From positions 2,676,156-2,740,155 of the forward strand of contig OY762266.1 of the NCBI GenBank assembly GCA_963665285.1: a stretch of 64,000 nucleotides of DNA. The letters are read 5' to 3'. Below are positions 38,770 through 47,412 of the stretch, piece by piece. Below the pieces are notes generated by a model. The model saw only the letters and a list, made by a program, of their open reading frames with translations, did not search any database and was not told where the DNA came from. Made by a program: the position numbers and the translations under genes. Numbering within the stretch: position 1 is the first letter of the stretch; the number at the start of each line of letters is the position of its first letter. This DNA is from Candidatus Poribacteria bacterium (GTDB lineage: Bacteria; Poribacteria; WGA-4E; PCPOR2b).

Positions 38770-39744
38770 ATGGAAAATTTTGCCTACGTCAACGCAGCAG
38801 ATGTTGAGCAGGTTCCTTCGTTATTGAGCGACGACTGGAACGAAGCTAAAATGATTGCCGGAGGAACGGATCTTCTCGGTGAGTTGAAGGAATACATTGA
38901 AACACCGAAGAAGGTGGTCAACCTCAAATCTATCTCCGGTCTGGATGAGATTAAGGCGGATGCGTCGGGCTTAACTATCGGTGCGCTTGTGACACTCGCT
39001 GACATCGCTGCACACCCAACCATTCAGCACCACTACACTGTTCTGGCAGAAGCTGCCGACTCCGTTGCATCGCCACAGATTCGGAATGTTGGTACACTCG
39101 GTGGCAACCTATGTCAGCGTCCCCGCTGCTGGTACTATCGCCATCCCGACATTATCTGTCTCAAAAAGGGCGGCGATACCTGCTACGCGGTCGAGGGGTT
39201 GAACAAGTACCACGCAATCTTTGGTGGGGGTCCTGTCTACATCGTCCATCCGTCTGATACGGCACCGGCACTCATCGCCCTCGGTGCAACGGTGAAAATT
39301 GTCGGACCCAACGGAGAGAGGACGATGCCGTTAGAGGATTTCTTCGTCCTGCCCAATGTCAACCCGCAACGTGAAAATGTGCTTGAACCGAACGAGGTTG
39401 TTACGGAGGTGCATGTCCCCCAACCGAAGGCAGGTACAAAGAGCACCTACCTCAAAGTCCGTGAACGCGGTTCCTTCGACTTTGCGTTGGTAAGCGTTGC
39501 TGCTTTCTTCGAGATGAATGGGACAACCTGCAGCAAGGCGAATGTCGTCCTCGGTGGGGTCGCTCCTATCCCTTGGCGTTCCAAAGAAGCTGAAGCGGCG
39601 TTGAACGGCAAACGCATCACAGATGCGGTGGCAAAGCAGGCGGGTGAGGCAGCCGTAGCGAACGCAGAGCCGATGACCGACAACGGCTATAAGGTCCCAT
39701 TAACTCGGAACACTGTCAGCCGCGCTGCAATGGACCTCGCTTAA
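38770..39744 (+). CDS. FAD-binding subunit of a xanthine dehydrogenase-family oxidoreductase (CoxM/PaoB-like)
   Basis: AGGTDLL, RNVGTLGGNL and the CO_deh_flav_C tail. Confidence 0.85.
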   Translation: MENFAYVNAADVEQVPSLLSDDWNEAKMIAGGTDLLGELKEYIETPKKVVNLKSISGLDEIKADASGLTIGALVTLADIAAHPTIQHHYTVLAEAADSVASPQIRNVGTLGGNLCQRPRCWYYRHPDIICLKKGGDTCYAVEGLNKYHAIFGGGPVYIVHPSDTAPALIALGATVKIVGPNGERTMPLEDFFVLPNVNPQRENVLEPNEVVTEVHVPQPKAGTKSTYLKVRERGSFDFALVSVAAFFEMNGTTCSKANVVLGGVAPIPWRSKEAEAALNGKRITDAVAKQAGEAAVANAEPMTDNGYKVPLTRNTVSRAAMDLA

Positions 39745-39768
39745 TCATAGCTGCATCAAATCAGTATT

Positions 39769-39793
39769 GTAGGGGCACCCCTTGTGGGTGCCC
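39769..39793 (+). repeat. REP-like hairpin GTAGGGGCACCCCTTGTGGGTGCCC
   Basis: Lies 25 nt after the stop of the FAD subunit gene. Identical stem-loop to 35311 and 40146. Confidence 0.7.
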
Positions 39794-39854
39794 TCGAACG
39801 AAACCGCGTTAATTTTGGAAAATCTGCCTACATACCATCATAAGGAGAACGAAC

Positions 39855-40097
39855 ATGCTAGCAGAAAAAGGATCGTCCCTCTTGAATAAATCGATATGTC
39901 AAAACTTATGTACCAAGGCACTCTATACCCCCGGCGGGAACCTGCAAAACCTTGTCGAAACCAATCCGTTCTCAAACTACTGGTGCAACTGCACGATGAC
40001 GGTGGTGGGACCGGATGATCGGTTCGTTTCCCCAGAGAATTGCAATAGATCTCGCGTCTGCTTTAAGCCGATTGGGGGCACCCCTCCTGTTGCGTAA
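39855..40097 (+). CDS. Small conserved Cys-rich hypothetical protein
   Basis: AAGGAG SD. 80 aa with the pattern C..L.(S/T)K......P............YWC..TM...GPD...V.PE.C...R.C. I recall this pattern as a widespread uncharacterised family in PVC-type genomes. Confidence 0.6.
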   Translation: MLAEKGSSLLNKSICQNLCTKALYTPGGNLQNLVETNPFSNYWCNCTMTVVGPDDRFVSPENCNRSRVCFKPIGGTPPVA

Positions 40098-40149
40098 TTG
40101 GATTAAAGGAACTGGCTGAGGGAAAATGAGAGGAGACTAGACAGAATAG

Positions 40150-40177
40150 GGGCACCCCTTGTGGGTGCCCTCTTTTT
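40150..40177 (+). terminator. REP hairpin acting as an intrinsic terminator
   Basis: GGGCACCC-CTTGT-GGGTGCCC followed by TCTTTTT, 53 nt after the 40097 stop. The head here is ATAG instead of GTAG. Confidence 0.6.
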
Positions 40178-40224
40178 GTAGGGATAAAGCCCTAGCGCAA
40201 CAGAAAAAAGACTGGAGGCACAAC

Positions 40225-41052
40225 TTGAGCACAATTGATGCCATGATTCAGAAAGCGTTAGAAGGTAGTGTCGGAAAGGCACAAAAGCTGCCAAACATGG
40301 GGACACCGCACGTTGTGTACAAAACGGTGGCAGTGGACGATTTCGTCCTGACCCTGCAGCCATCTTGTCGGTCAAGGCGAACGGGTAAACCGATACCGGG
40401 TATCAATAAAGGTCACACCCAAGGCGAGCCGAGTCCGTTGCGTTTACTGGTAAACCCTTCCGATTCGGAAGCGGAATCGGTCAAGGCAGACCAAAATGTA
40501 GCAGCATTGAAGGTGTGCATTCCAGAAACCGCCACGTTGACCGAAATCAAGCGGATTCTACATACACGGACGCAAGGCAAGGAATGGGTTGTCCGCACCG
40601 CAGATTTTGCCGGTTGGGATTTGCGGGTAAAACACCGGCGTCTTGTGTATCAGCGCACACAGTGTGACCATTGCCACGGCTATTACGTTCACAGTTACAA
40701 AGGATATTGCCTATTTTGCGACGTGAGAGACAATTGGCACTCGTGCGAACTTTGCGAAACCATGGTTGAAGGTGAATACCGCTATTGTTATTCCCACGGC
40801 AGGGAGGCGTACAGCGAAGATCGGCCCACCAAGCATTTAGGCAGTTACGACACAGTCGGTACACGACGTGTGTGGCGCCACACGATAATTTCCCCAGAGA
40901 TGCGACAGTGGTTTGAATGGCGGCGCAGGTTGAGGGAGGGCAGCAACACGGGCTCAGTCGGGCAGCCGACGTTACCGCAGAAAACAGAGGAGATCAACAC
41001 GGCTGAAGTGGATGCTCTGATAGCTGAGATGGAAAAGATATTGAAGGAGTAG
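40225..41052 (+). CDS. Hypothetical protein with a Cys/His-rich zinc-finger-like cluster
   Basis: TTG 40225 with a GGAGG SD 6 nt upstream. The ORF-track GTG at 40159 lies inside the REP hairpin. Motif QCDHCHG...YCLFCD...HSCELCE...YCYSHG. Confidence 0.5.
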   Translation: MSTIDAMIQKALEGSVGKAQKLPNMGTPHVVYKTVAVDDFVLTLQPSCRSRRTGKPIPGINKGHTQGEPSPLRLLVNPSDSEAESVKADQNVAALKVCIPETATLTEIKRILHTRTQGKEWVVRTADFAGWDLRVKHRRLVYQRTQCDHCHGYYVHSYKGYCLFCDVRDNWHSCELCETMVEGEYRYCYSHGREAYSEDRPTKHLGSYDTVGTRRVWRHTIISPEMRQWFEWRRRLREGSNTGSVGQPTLPQKTEEINTAEVDALIAEMEKILKE

Positions 41053-41463
41053 CGCATGGTCTGTTCAACTGTAGAGGATTTCTAAATGCCCTGCATTTTT
41101 GATAATACAGTCAATTAAAGCACTTTACAATTGACTATCCGGATTCGCTATTTATGGTGGATTCAACAATTAACGATACATATTGTGGTGACCTCCAAAT
41201 ACAATATAGATAGTAAAAGTAGTAGGTACACGCCGTGTGCCGTAACTCCTTACGAAAATTTCTCTTTGTGTGTAGACAACGCAGATCCGCGTTCCCTACG
41301 ACATACCTATTACAATCCAATCGTGGCGCAGATTGCCTAATCTGCGAGGCTATCATAGGTTGGAAAACCTGTGTCACAAGTTTTTTTAAGTACCTTGCTT
41401 ACATCAACTGCGTAACTCCTAAAAGAAATAGTTTCCCTACTCTCTTAATCCATTATTGATATA

Positions 41464-41565
41464 ATAGACCGTGTGCTTGCCCAACACTACGACTTCACCG
41501 GCGAGGAATTAGACTTCATCATCAACTACGACATTAAATACCGGATGGGATTGGGAAATAACTGA
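41464..41565 (+). pseudogene. Relic of the 3' end of a restriction-modification-type DNA methyltransferase gene
   Basis: Encodes IDRVLAQHYDFTGEELDFIINYDIKYRMGLGNN*. The LT.EE..FI.NYDIKYRMG tail is typical of type IIG/BREX-like methyltransferase C-termini. No upstream coding body remains. Confidence 0.5.
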
Positions 41566-41917
41566 AAAGTTGAACGCATCACTCAAACGGACACGCAAAT
41601 CAATTAGGGAGATTGCCTCTACACGAGCGGGTCTTAGCCACCGGAGCGAAATAATTGACCTTTTGCTTGTAGCATGGTGTTCCGATATGTTAAAATGATA
41701 ATCACAGATTTATAGTTTTAGTGTTGGCATACAAGCATATATTCAACGATAACAAGGAGCCAGTAAATCCAAGTTCAGACAAAAAAAGTAGTACGCATAC
41801 GCCGTATGCCATAACCTTTATTAACCACCTTCCCTCAAAAATGAAAATCTGTGATAAAATGTGACAAATTGTAACATATAATTGATAATCCCTAAATCCG
41901 AATGAGGAGAAAACACA

Positions 41918-42667
41918 ATGGACAACCTCAAAAACGGTAAAGCACCGGTAGCTCTGCTAAAAGACAGACAGATATTGCCCCTTACACAAGAACAGGCATG
42001 GGCAGCATCGCTTTGGGACAAAAAAGACAAAGAGGAAATCGCCTCCGCCATCGGCGTACCACCTGAAATCCTTACTGAGTGGGAGAACCAACCGCTTTTT
42101 ATAGCGGAGATAGCCGATCTCAGCGCGGAGTTCGAGGCGGAAATCGAAGAAAAACAGGCCGCCGCACTCGTCTTTGACAATTCCTCGTATGCCGCAGCCG
42201 AAGCCACAATTGGGTTGGAAGAAGGCACAATAATGGAGTGGGCACAAGACGAGGAAAGCCTGTTTAATGAACTACTCGATCAGATGAAACGTGAAGTCGC
42301 AAACCAAATAAAGAAAGATCCCAATCCCGAAGGCTTGAAAAATCCCGATCCCGAAGACTTGAATGAAGATCAGATACGAGCTATACCGCTCATTATCGAA
42401 GGTAAAACCGATGCCCAAGTCGGCGAGGCAATCGGCAAAAGCAGAGAAACAATCAACCGATGGCGCAACCAAAACAAAGATTTTATCAAGGAATTAAAAA
42501 AAGCCCGTGATGCGTATCTCGATTCTCAAATCATCGCACTTTCCGCAACCGCGCGAAAGGCAATCACCGTCCTAGAGAATCTGCTCGATAGTGAAGACGA
42601 AAAAATCAGGACGCGAGTCGCAATCCATCTACTCAGGGCAACAGCATTACCACAACGAATAAAGTGA
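41918..42667 (+). CDS. Multi-HTH protein, phage terminase small subunit-like
   Basis: GAGGAG SD. Three homeodomain-like HTH units (e.g. IIEGKTDAQVGEAIGKSRETINRWRNQNKDF) and a helical tail LENLLDSEDEKIRTRVAIHLL. Confidence 0.45.
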   Translation: MDNLKNGKAPVALLKDRQILPLTQEQAWAASLWDKKDKEEIASAIGVPPEILTEWENQPLFIAEIADLSAEFEAEIEEKQAAALVFDNSSYAAAEATIGLEEGTIMEWAQDEESLFNELLDQMKREVANQIKKDPNPEGLKNPDPEDLNEDQIRAIPLIIEGKTDAQVGEAIGKSRETINRWRNQNKDFIKELKKARDAYLDSQIIALSATARKAITVLENLLDSEDEKIRTRVAIHLLRATALPQRIK

Positions 42668-42876
42668 AAATCAGTCAGAACTTACACACCTAAAATTGTA
42701 GTTGCCCGCCTGTCTCAATAATCGGGGACCTCGAGCGTTTAGCTGCGTAACTTCTACTATACTTTGGAGAATTTCTATCTGTTTCATGTTCTGTTTTCAA
42801 CTGTTTTCTGATTTTTCATTCAGTTTCTGCCGGGAACGCAACTCACAGAAAAAGAATTTCAGCCACAAGCAAGAGC

Positions 42877-42948
42877 AGCCCCAGCGGGGCGGAATGTCTA
42901 TAGATACATCAAGAACAAACTGTCTTTAGCCCCAGCGGGGCGACATGT
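42877..42948 (+). repeat. Composite double-hairpin repeat, copy 2
   Basis: AGCCCCAGCGGGGCGGAATGT (42877-42897) and AGCCCCAGCGGGGCGACATGT (42928-42948). The 30-nt spacer is homologous to the copy-1 spacer. Confidence 0.75.
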
Positions 42949-43055
42949 GTACCAATAAACCGATATTGATCTCAAAAGGGTTTCAATGAATCGAGACTAT
43001 TGCTCAACAACCTAAAAATTGTACAAACTTTAGTAACTTCTAGGAAGCTTCAAAA

Positions 43056-43484
43056 ATGAGACAGATGATAAAATACCGCGATTATCTAATCGAAGAACTT
43101 TCTGACCCCGAGGAGGCAACCGTCTATCTCCAAACCTCTCAAGAAGAATACCAGAAAGACGGTGACACCGTCGCATTTTTGTTAGCACTGCAAAGCATCG
43201 CTGAAGCGCAAGTGGAGAACAACGAACTCCTTTCCCAAGTCTATCTATTGAGTGGCAGAGTCCACCACTCACGAGGGGAGCATGACTGGGCGATTGAAGA
43301 CTACGACACAGTGATAAAACTGGCTAATACAGTGATAGAAACGGATCCCAATAATGTTGAAGCCTATATCCGTCGTGGCATAGCTTGCTGCCACAAAGGT
43401 GAGCATGACCGTGCTATTGGAGACCTTACCAAAGCGATAGAATTGAAACCCAATTATGCCGGCCCTATTACGATTGAGGTGTAG
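43056..43484 (+). CDS. Truncated paralog of the 48422 TPR protein (antidote-like N-domain plus about 2 TPRs)
   Basis: MRQMIKYRDYLIEELSDPEEATVYLQ...FLLALQSIAEAQ resembles the N-terminal part of HigA-type addiction-module antidote proteins. About 330 nt are roughly 80-85% identical by eye to 48590-48910. It ends after two TPR units. Confidence 0.6.
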   Translation: MRQMIKYRDYLIEELSDPEEATVYLQTSQEEYQKDGDTVAFLLALQSIAEAQVENNELLSQVYLLSGRVHHSRGEHDWAIEDYDTVIKLANTVIETDPNNVEAYIRRGIACCHKGEHDRAIGDLTKAIELKPNYAGPITIEV

Positions 43485-43535
43485 CTTAAATGTCTCAATG
43501 AGATTATCTTAAAACGGCTCAAGGAAGCAATTCAA

Positions 43536-43679
43536 GTGGCAAGAGAAAGGATCATCAAATACCCACCTAAACGAAGTAGACTCAAAAGAAGTGAGGTTAA
43601 ACGAGTAGCAGAGAGGGTTGTCCATGGCACGCGCGACGGTGGAGAGGCAGAACAGACGCGCCCACCGAAAAGAGGATAA
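43536..43679 (+). pseudogene. Short ORF homologous to the first ~37 codons of the 48422 TPR gene (gene-start relic)
   Basis: VARERIIKYPPKRSRLKRSEVKRVAERVVHGTRDGGE... aligns with MARERIVKDTPKRGKLTERQIQRAVEKVIYSRLGGGE... Its stop lies 3 nt before the XRE ATG. Confidence 0.5.
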
Positions 43680-43682
43680 ATC

Positions 43683-43958
43683 ATGGCAGACTATACCCCC
43701 AGTTCGGGAAACGTTTTTAAGGATTTGGAGCTTCCCTCACCCAATGAAAGGTTGGCAAAAGCGAAACTGGCATATAAGATCAACCGCTTGATTGCCGATC
43801 AGGAAATGATTCAAAAGGACGCTGCGGATTTTTTGGGAATAAGTCAATCGAAAATGACGGCCCTGAGAAACGGTGGATTGAAGAATTTTACCATTGACCA
43901 TCTGGTTTCTCTGCTGGGAAAGCTGGATCCTCATATTGAATTCAGCACCCAAGACTAA
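43683..43958 (+). CDS. XRE-family HTH transcriptional regulator (antitoxin-like)
   Basis: SGNVFKDLELP...KA.LA..I...I.....Q.DAADFLGISQSKMTALRNG.LKNFTIDHLVSLL..L, the classic short XRE/HigA-type protein. AGAGGA SD. Confidence 0.85.
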   Translation: MADYTPSSGNVFKDLELPSPNERLAKAKLAYKINRLIADQEMIQKDAADFLGISQSKMTALRNGGLKNFTIDHLVSLLGKLDPHIEFSTQD

Positions 43959-44058
43959 TTAAACGGAAAATTAATAATCAGATTTTTACCCGTTTCATCG
44001 CCAATGTCGATATTCAAGCACGAAACGCGGATTCTAAAATGCAAGCGAGGAGATAGTT

Positions 44059-45861
44059 GTGGCACTACATTACGAAAATTTGGATGAAAACACACGTTCG
44101 TTTATGTTGAGTGAGGTTGATTTAGACTTATCTCATGAGAAGCTTTATATGAGCCCACGCCTTAATGAGCCCGGAGAGCGAAATTATGTATCTCTTCTTA
44201 AGGAAGCTATAGAACACCATGATGACGCGTGGCTTGCCCAACAATTACGCAGTCACAGTTATATGAAAGAAAACGTACCACGTAAAAAGAAGGGTGATTT
44301 CACAACAGTTAGGGTTCCTAAGAATGCCCCTGATACTCTTAGTGAAGGAGAGTTTAACCGATATTATGCAAGAGGCGTATGTCTTCGTGTAATAGAGGAA
44401 GGCGTGGATCAAGTTGAGGTATGTCCCGGAAAACCAGTAAGTAGACTTCGACCAAAAGCTAAAGCTATCTTGGGAAAAAAGCTGCCTGCTGAAACACTGC
44501 TGAAAGATTTGAGGGAATCTAGCAGTGTGGAGTCCGCTCTTGGTTTGCAACGCGGATTAAATCCAAGCTTAACGGTTCGCATGGAAAGGGTCGAAGGTAT
44601 TACCAAGATAGTGGTGAGCAGTTTCAAGTCACTCGCGGAAAAGTGCAAAATAGACATTCGTCCGCTGACGATTATTGCCGGAGCAAATAGTTCAGGAAAA
44701 TCAAGCATCATGCAGCCGCTCCTGATGCTCAAGCAGACGCTGGAGGCACCGTATGATCCGGGACCGTTGTTGATTGATGGACCAATCGTTCAATTCACAT
44801 TAGCGGAGCAATTTTTATCCAAGTTAAGCGGTAAAAAAGGTGCGGAACGTTTTCAGATCCAGATTGAGACTGGTGAGTCTTATTCGGTGGGGACGACTTT
44901 TGGAAAGGGGCAAAACGGGGTTGAACTTATCGAAATGACAGTAGAAAGAAAGTCATTGGATCTACGCCGGCGTTTTACTTTATATCCTGAAATGCTCCCT
45001 GAAGAAATTAAGTCTTTGGCTGACAAAGATCCGAGGTTTAAGGATTTGGGCGAGGATTACGATGTCGTGAGGCGCTCACATTGTTTTTTGGAGTTAGAGT
45101 CTCAAGATGGTCATAAGGGCTTAAACTTTACCCATGAACTTGCGTTCCATATCGTTAGCAGCATTCACCTTCCCGGGTTACGAGGCAATCCAGAACGCAC
45201 ATACAAACTAACCAGCACTGGTCCCCGATATCCTGGCACATTTGAAAACTACGCTGCGAATATCATTCACGAGTGGCAGGAAACCGCAGATAAACGTCTG
45301 AAAACATTAGCTGATGGCCTTCATACACTTGGACTGACAGGGCAGGTCGGCACCAAAAAAATCGGCGACACCCGCATCGAACTTCAAGTCGGTCGCCTTC
45401 CCGGGGATAGAACTAGCACAAAAGATATGGTCAGCATCGCCGATGTGGGATTCGGTGTGTCCCAAGTCTTGCCTGTTTTAGTTGCTCTGATCGTCGCGAA
45501 GTCGGGACAATTGGTCTATCTCGAACAGCCGGAGCTGCACCTCCATCCCCGCGCACAGGTCGCGTTGGCGCAAGAATTGGCAGCTGCGGCGAAACGTGGT
45601 GTCCGTGTTGTCGCGGAAACGCACAGTTCGCTGCTAATTCGGGCAATTCAAGCACTTATTGCCGAGAGAAACCTCCCGCCAGCGTTGGTGAGGTTGCATT
45701 GGTTCAGCCGAGATGACAGCGGGGCTACCGAAATCGTCCCCGCTGAATTAGACGAAGTGGGGGCTTATGGGGACTGGCCAGCAGATTTTGATGATGTTGA
45801 CTTGAAGGCACAGAGCCGTTATATAAAGGCATCTCGATTGCGTCTGGCTGAAAGGGCATGA
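44059..45861 (+). CDS. ABC/SMC-like AAA ATPase (AAA_21/DUF3696-like) with an unrecognised ~190-aa N-terminal domain
   Basis: GTG start with a GAGGAG SD. Walker A IIAGANSSGKSS, Walker B LVYLEQPELHLHP and H-loop AETHS. The C-terminal tail LHWFSRDDSG...GDWPADFDDV resembles DUF3696. Confidence 0.75.
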   Translation: MALHYENLDENTRSFMLSEVDLDLSHEKLYMSPRLNEPGERNYVSLLKEAIEHHDDAWLAQQLRSHSYMKENVPRKKKGDFTTVRVPKNAPDTLSEGEFNRYYARGVCLRVIEEGVDQVEVCPGKPVSRLRPKAKAILGKKLPAETLLKDLRESSSVESALGLQRGLNPSLTVRMERVEGITKIVVSSFKSLAEKCKIDIRPLTIIAGANSSGKSSIMQPLLMLKQTLEAPYDPGPLLIDGPIVQFTLAEQFLSKLSGKKGAERFQIQIETGESYSVGTTFGKGQNGVELIEMTVERKSLDLRRRFTLYPEMLPEEIKSLADKDPRFKDLGEDYDVVRRSHCFLELESQDGHKGLNFTHELAFHIVSSIHLPGLRGNPERTYKLTSTGPRYPGTFENYAANIIHEWQETADKRLKTLADGLHTLGLTGQVGTKKIGDTRIELQVGRLPGDRTSTKDMVSIADVGFGVSQVLPVLVALIVAKSGQLVYLEQPELHLHPRAQVALAQELAAAAKRGVRVVAETHSSLLIRAIQALIAERNLPPALVRLHWFSRDDSGATEIVPAELDEVGAYGDWPADFDDVDLKAQSRYIKASRLRLAERA

Positions 45862-45862
45862 T

Positions 45863-46408
45863 ATGCAGTCAAGCAATTCCAAGCAGCTCGTTGTGGATGC
45901 ATCAGTTGCCGGTGCTGCCGGTGGCGAAGGGGCAACGGCTTTAGTATCAATCAACTGCACGGAATTTCTCTTAATTTTTTGGGACAAATGTCTGCATCAC
46001 GTCGTGATGACACCAGAACTTTACAAGGAATGGGATGAACATCAATCGGACTTTGCTGCTAGATGGCTGGCATCAATGATTTCCACAGGGAGATATTGTG
46101 AGGTCGAATCTTCTGAGAACCAAGTGTTGTGGACCAAAATCGAAGACGCAGCAGAGCAAGAAAATCAGATTCCAGTAATGCGGAAGGATTTTCACCTTCT
46201 TGAAGCAGCACGGATAAGTGACCAGACGATCATTTCGCTTGAAAAAAGGGTCCGGCGGCATTTCGCCTATGCCGCTCAGCATGTTGATGAAATCCAAAAC
46301 ATTGTTTGGGTGAATCCTAAAAAAGAAAAAGAAGAACCACTTGTTTGGCTTCAAAACGGTGCACCACCGGAAGATCATCGTAGGCTTCGCGCTTGGCGGA
46401 TTGTTTAG
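45863..46408 (+). CDS. PIN-like domain protein (tentative nuclease)
   Basis: The ATG is 1 nt after the ATPase stop. N-terminal LVVDASVA and DFHLLEAARISDQTIISLE resemble the first and last acidic-residue strands of PIN domains. The assignment is tentative. Confidence 0.4.
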   Translation: MQSSNSKQLVVDASVAGAAGGEGATALVSINCTEFLLIFWDKCLHHVVMTPELYKEWDEHQSDFAARWLASMISTGRYCEVESSENQVLWTKIEDAAEQENQIPVMRKDFHLLEAARISDQTIISLEKRVRRHFAYAAQHVDEIQNIVWVNPKKEKEEPLVWLQNGAPPEDHRRLRAWRIV

Positions 46409-46438
46409 TTCGACGCAGCATCTACATGAGACTCGGAA

Positions 46439-47077
46439 GTGACGCATCCAATTGAACGTATCACACAAAGGGATCCCAATTACCCAGCGCAGTTGCGAGG
46501 GTATTTGAAAGCAGAAGCCCCAGAAACTATTTGGGCGCGGGGAAATACCGCCCTATTGACGGATCGAGGTGCCAACTTAAACGGAGACATTTGGGCACTT
46601 TTCTGTTCTAGCAGATGTCCCGGTCAGATTATTTTGAAAGCGCATGAATTGGCTCAACAATTTCGGGAATCAAGAACACCTACCATCGGAGGGTATCATT
46701 CGCCGGTTGAAAAGGAATGTCTTCGCGTCCTGCTGCGCGGTTCACAACCGATTATCCTATGTCCCGCTCGGAGTATCGAAAATATGCGGCTGAGTCCAGC
46801 GTGGAAAGGGGGGTTAGCGGAAGGGCGTCTGTTACTCCTGTCTATCTTCGACAGCAAGCATCGGCGATCGACCGCAGCATTGGCGAACCAACGCAACGTA
46901 TTTGTCGCGGCACTTGCGGACAAGATATGTATCGCCCATGCCTCGGAGGGTAGCAAGACGCTGCAATTCGCACAGCAGGTATCGGAATGGGGCAAACCTC
47001 TTTTCACCTTTGACACCCCGGCAAACAGATCGCTTTTTCAATGCGGGGCGCAGCGGATAGAGGATGCTTGTACCTGA
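46439..47077 (+). CDS. Stand-alone DprA-like Rossmann (SLOG superfamily) protein
   Basis: DPNYPAQL...PETIWARGN..LL, then CSSRCPG, IGGYHSPVEKECLRVLL, QPIILCPARSI, ANQRNVFVAALADKICIAHASEGSKTL and GKPLFTF follow the DprA core order. It lacks the DprA SAM and DML1-like domains. GTG is the only in-frame start. Confidence 0.65.
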   Translation: MTHPIERITQRDPNYPAQLRGYLKAEAPETIWARGNTALLTDRGANLNGDIWALFCSSRCPGQIILKAHELAQQFRESRTPTIGGYHSPVEKECLRVLLRGSQPIILCPARSIENMRLSPAWKGGLAEGRLLLLSIFDSKHRRSTAALANQRNVFVAALADKICIAHASEGSKTLQFAQQVSEWGKPLFTFDTPANRSLFQCGAQRIEDACT

Positions 47078-47189
47078 AACATATAGAACTTACGCACATG
47101 GTCAAAAAATAGGTTATAATAACGCAAGTTGCTAGAGCGTATTGACATTGGTTCATGTTAAGAAAGCGTGCAACAGCAACCGAATCTTC

Positions 47190-47246
47190 GTAGGGGTTGG
47201 GTCCCCCAACCCTTACGGACTACGGGCGGGGAGACCCCGCCCCTAC
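47190..47246. repeat. Pair of REP-like hairpins
   Basis: GTAGGGGTTGGGTCCCCCAACCCTTAC (47190-47216) and GGGCGGGGAGACCCCGCCCCTAC (47225-47246, inverted). They are embedded between imperfect ~30-nt inverted arms at 47141-47172 and 47264-47294. Confidence 0.7.
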
Positions 47247-47314
47247 GATTTCGATTCGCGTTTTGCACTTTCTTTTTACATGAGCCTTGACATTTATGTG
47301 GAATCTTACTCATA

Positions 47315-47412
47315 AATCGATGCTAATATGGCAGGCCGGTAAACCTTAATCGAAGTTAATATGGCATCAGCAAACCTTAATCGATGCCAATATGGCAGGT
47401 CAGCAAACCGTT
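47315..47412 (+). repeat. Three tandem 31-34-bp direct repeats (iteron-like)
   Basis: AATCGATGCTAATATGGCAGGCCGGTAAACCTT / AATCGAAGTTAATATGGCATCAGCAAACCTT / AATCGATGCCAATATGGCAGGTCAGCAAACCGTT. Confidence 0.8.

Noticed and set aside
41131-41459. 69-80-aa ORFs on both strands of the AT-rich 41.1-41.9 kb spacer
   Set aside because: They are overlapping, mutually exclusive ORFs in AT-rich sequence full of REP hairpins, with no SDs or motifs. I treat the region as degraded non-coding DNA apart from the methyltransferase relic.
47315-47412. Possible CRISPR array
   Set aside because: The units are directly abutting, with no spacers, and are degenerate. This is a tandem repeat.
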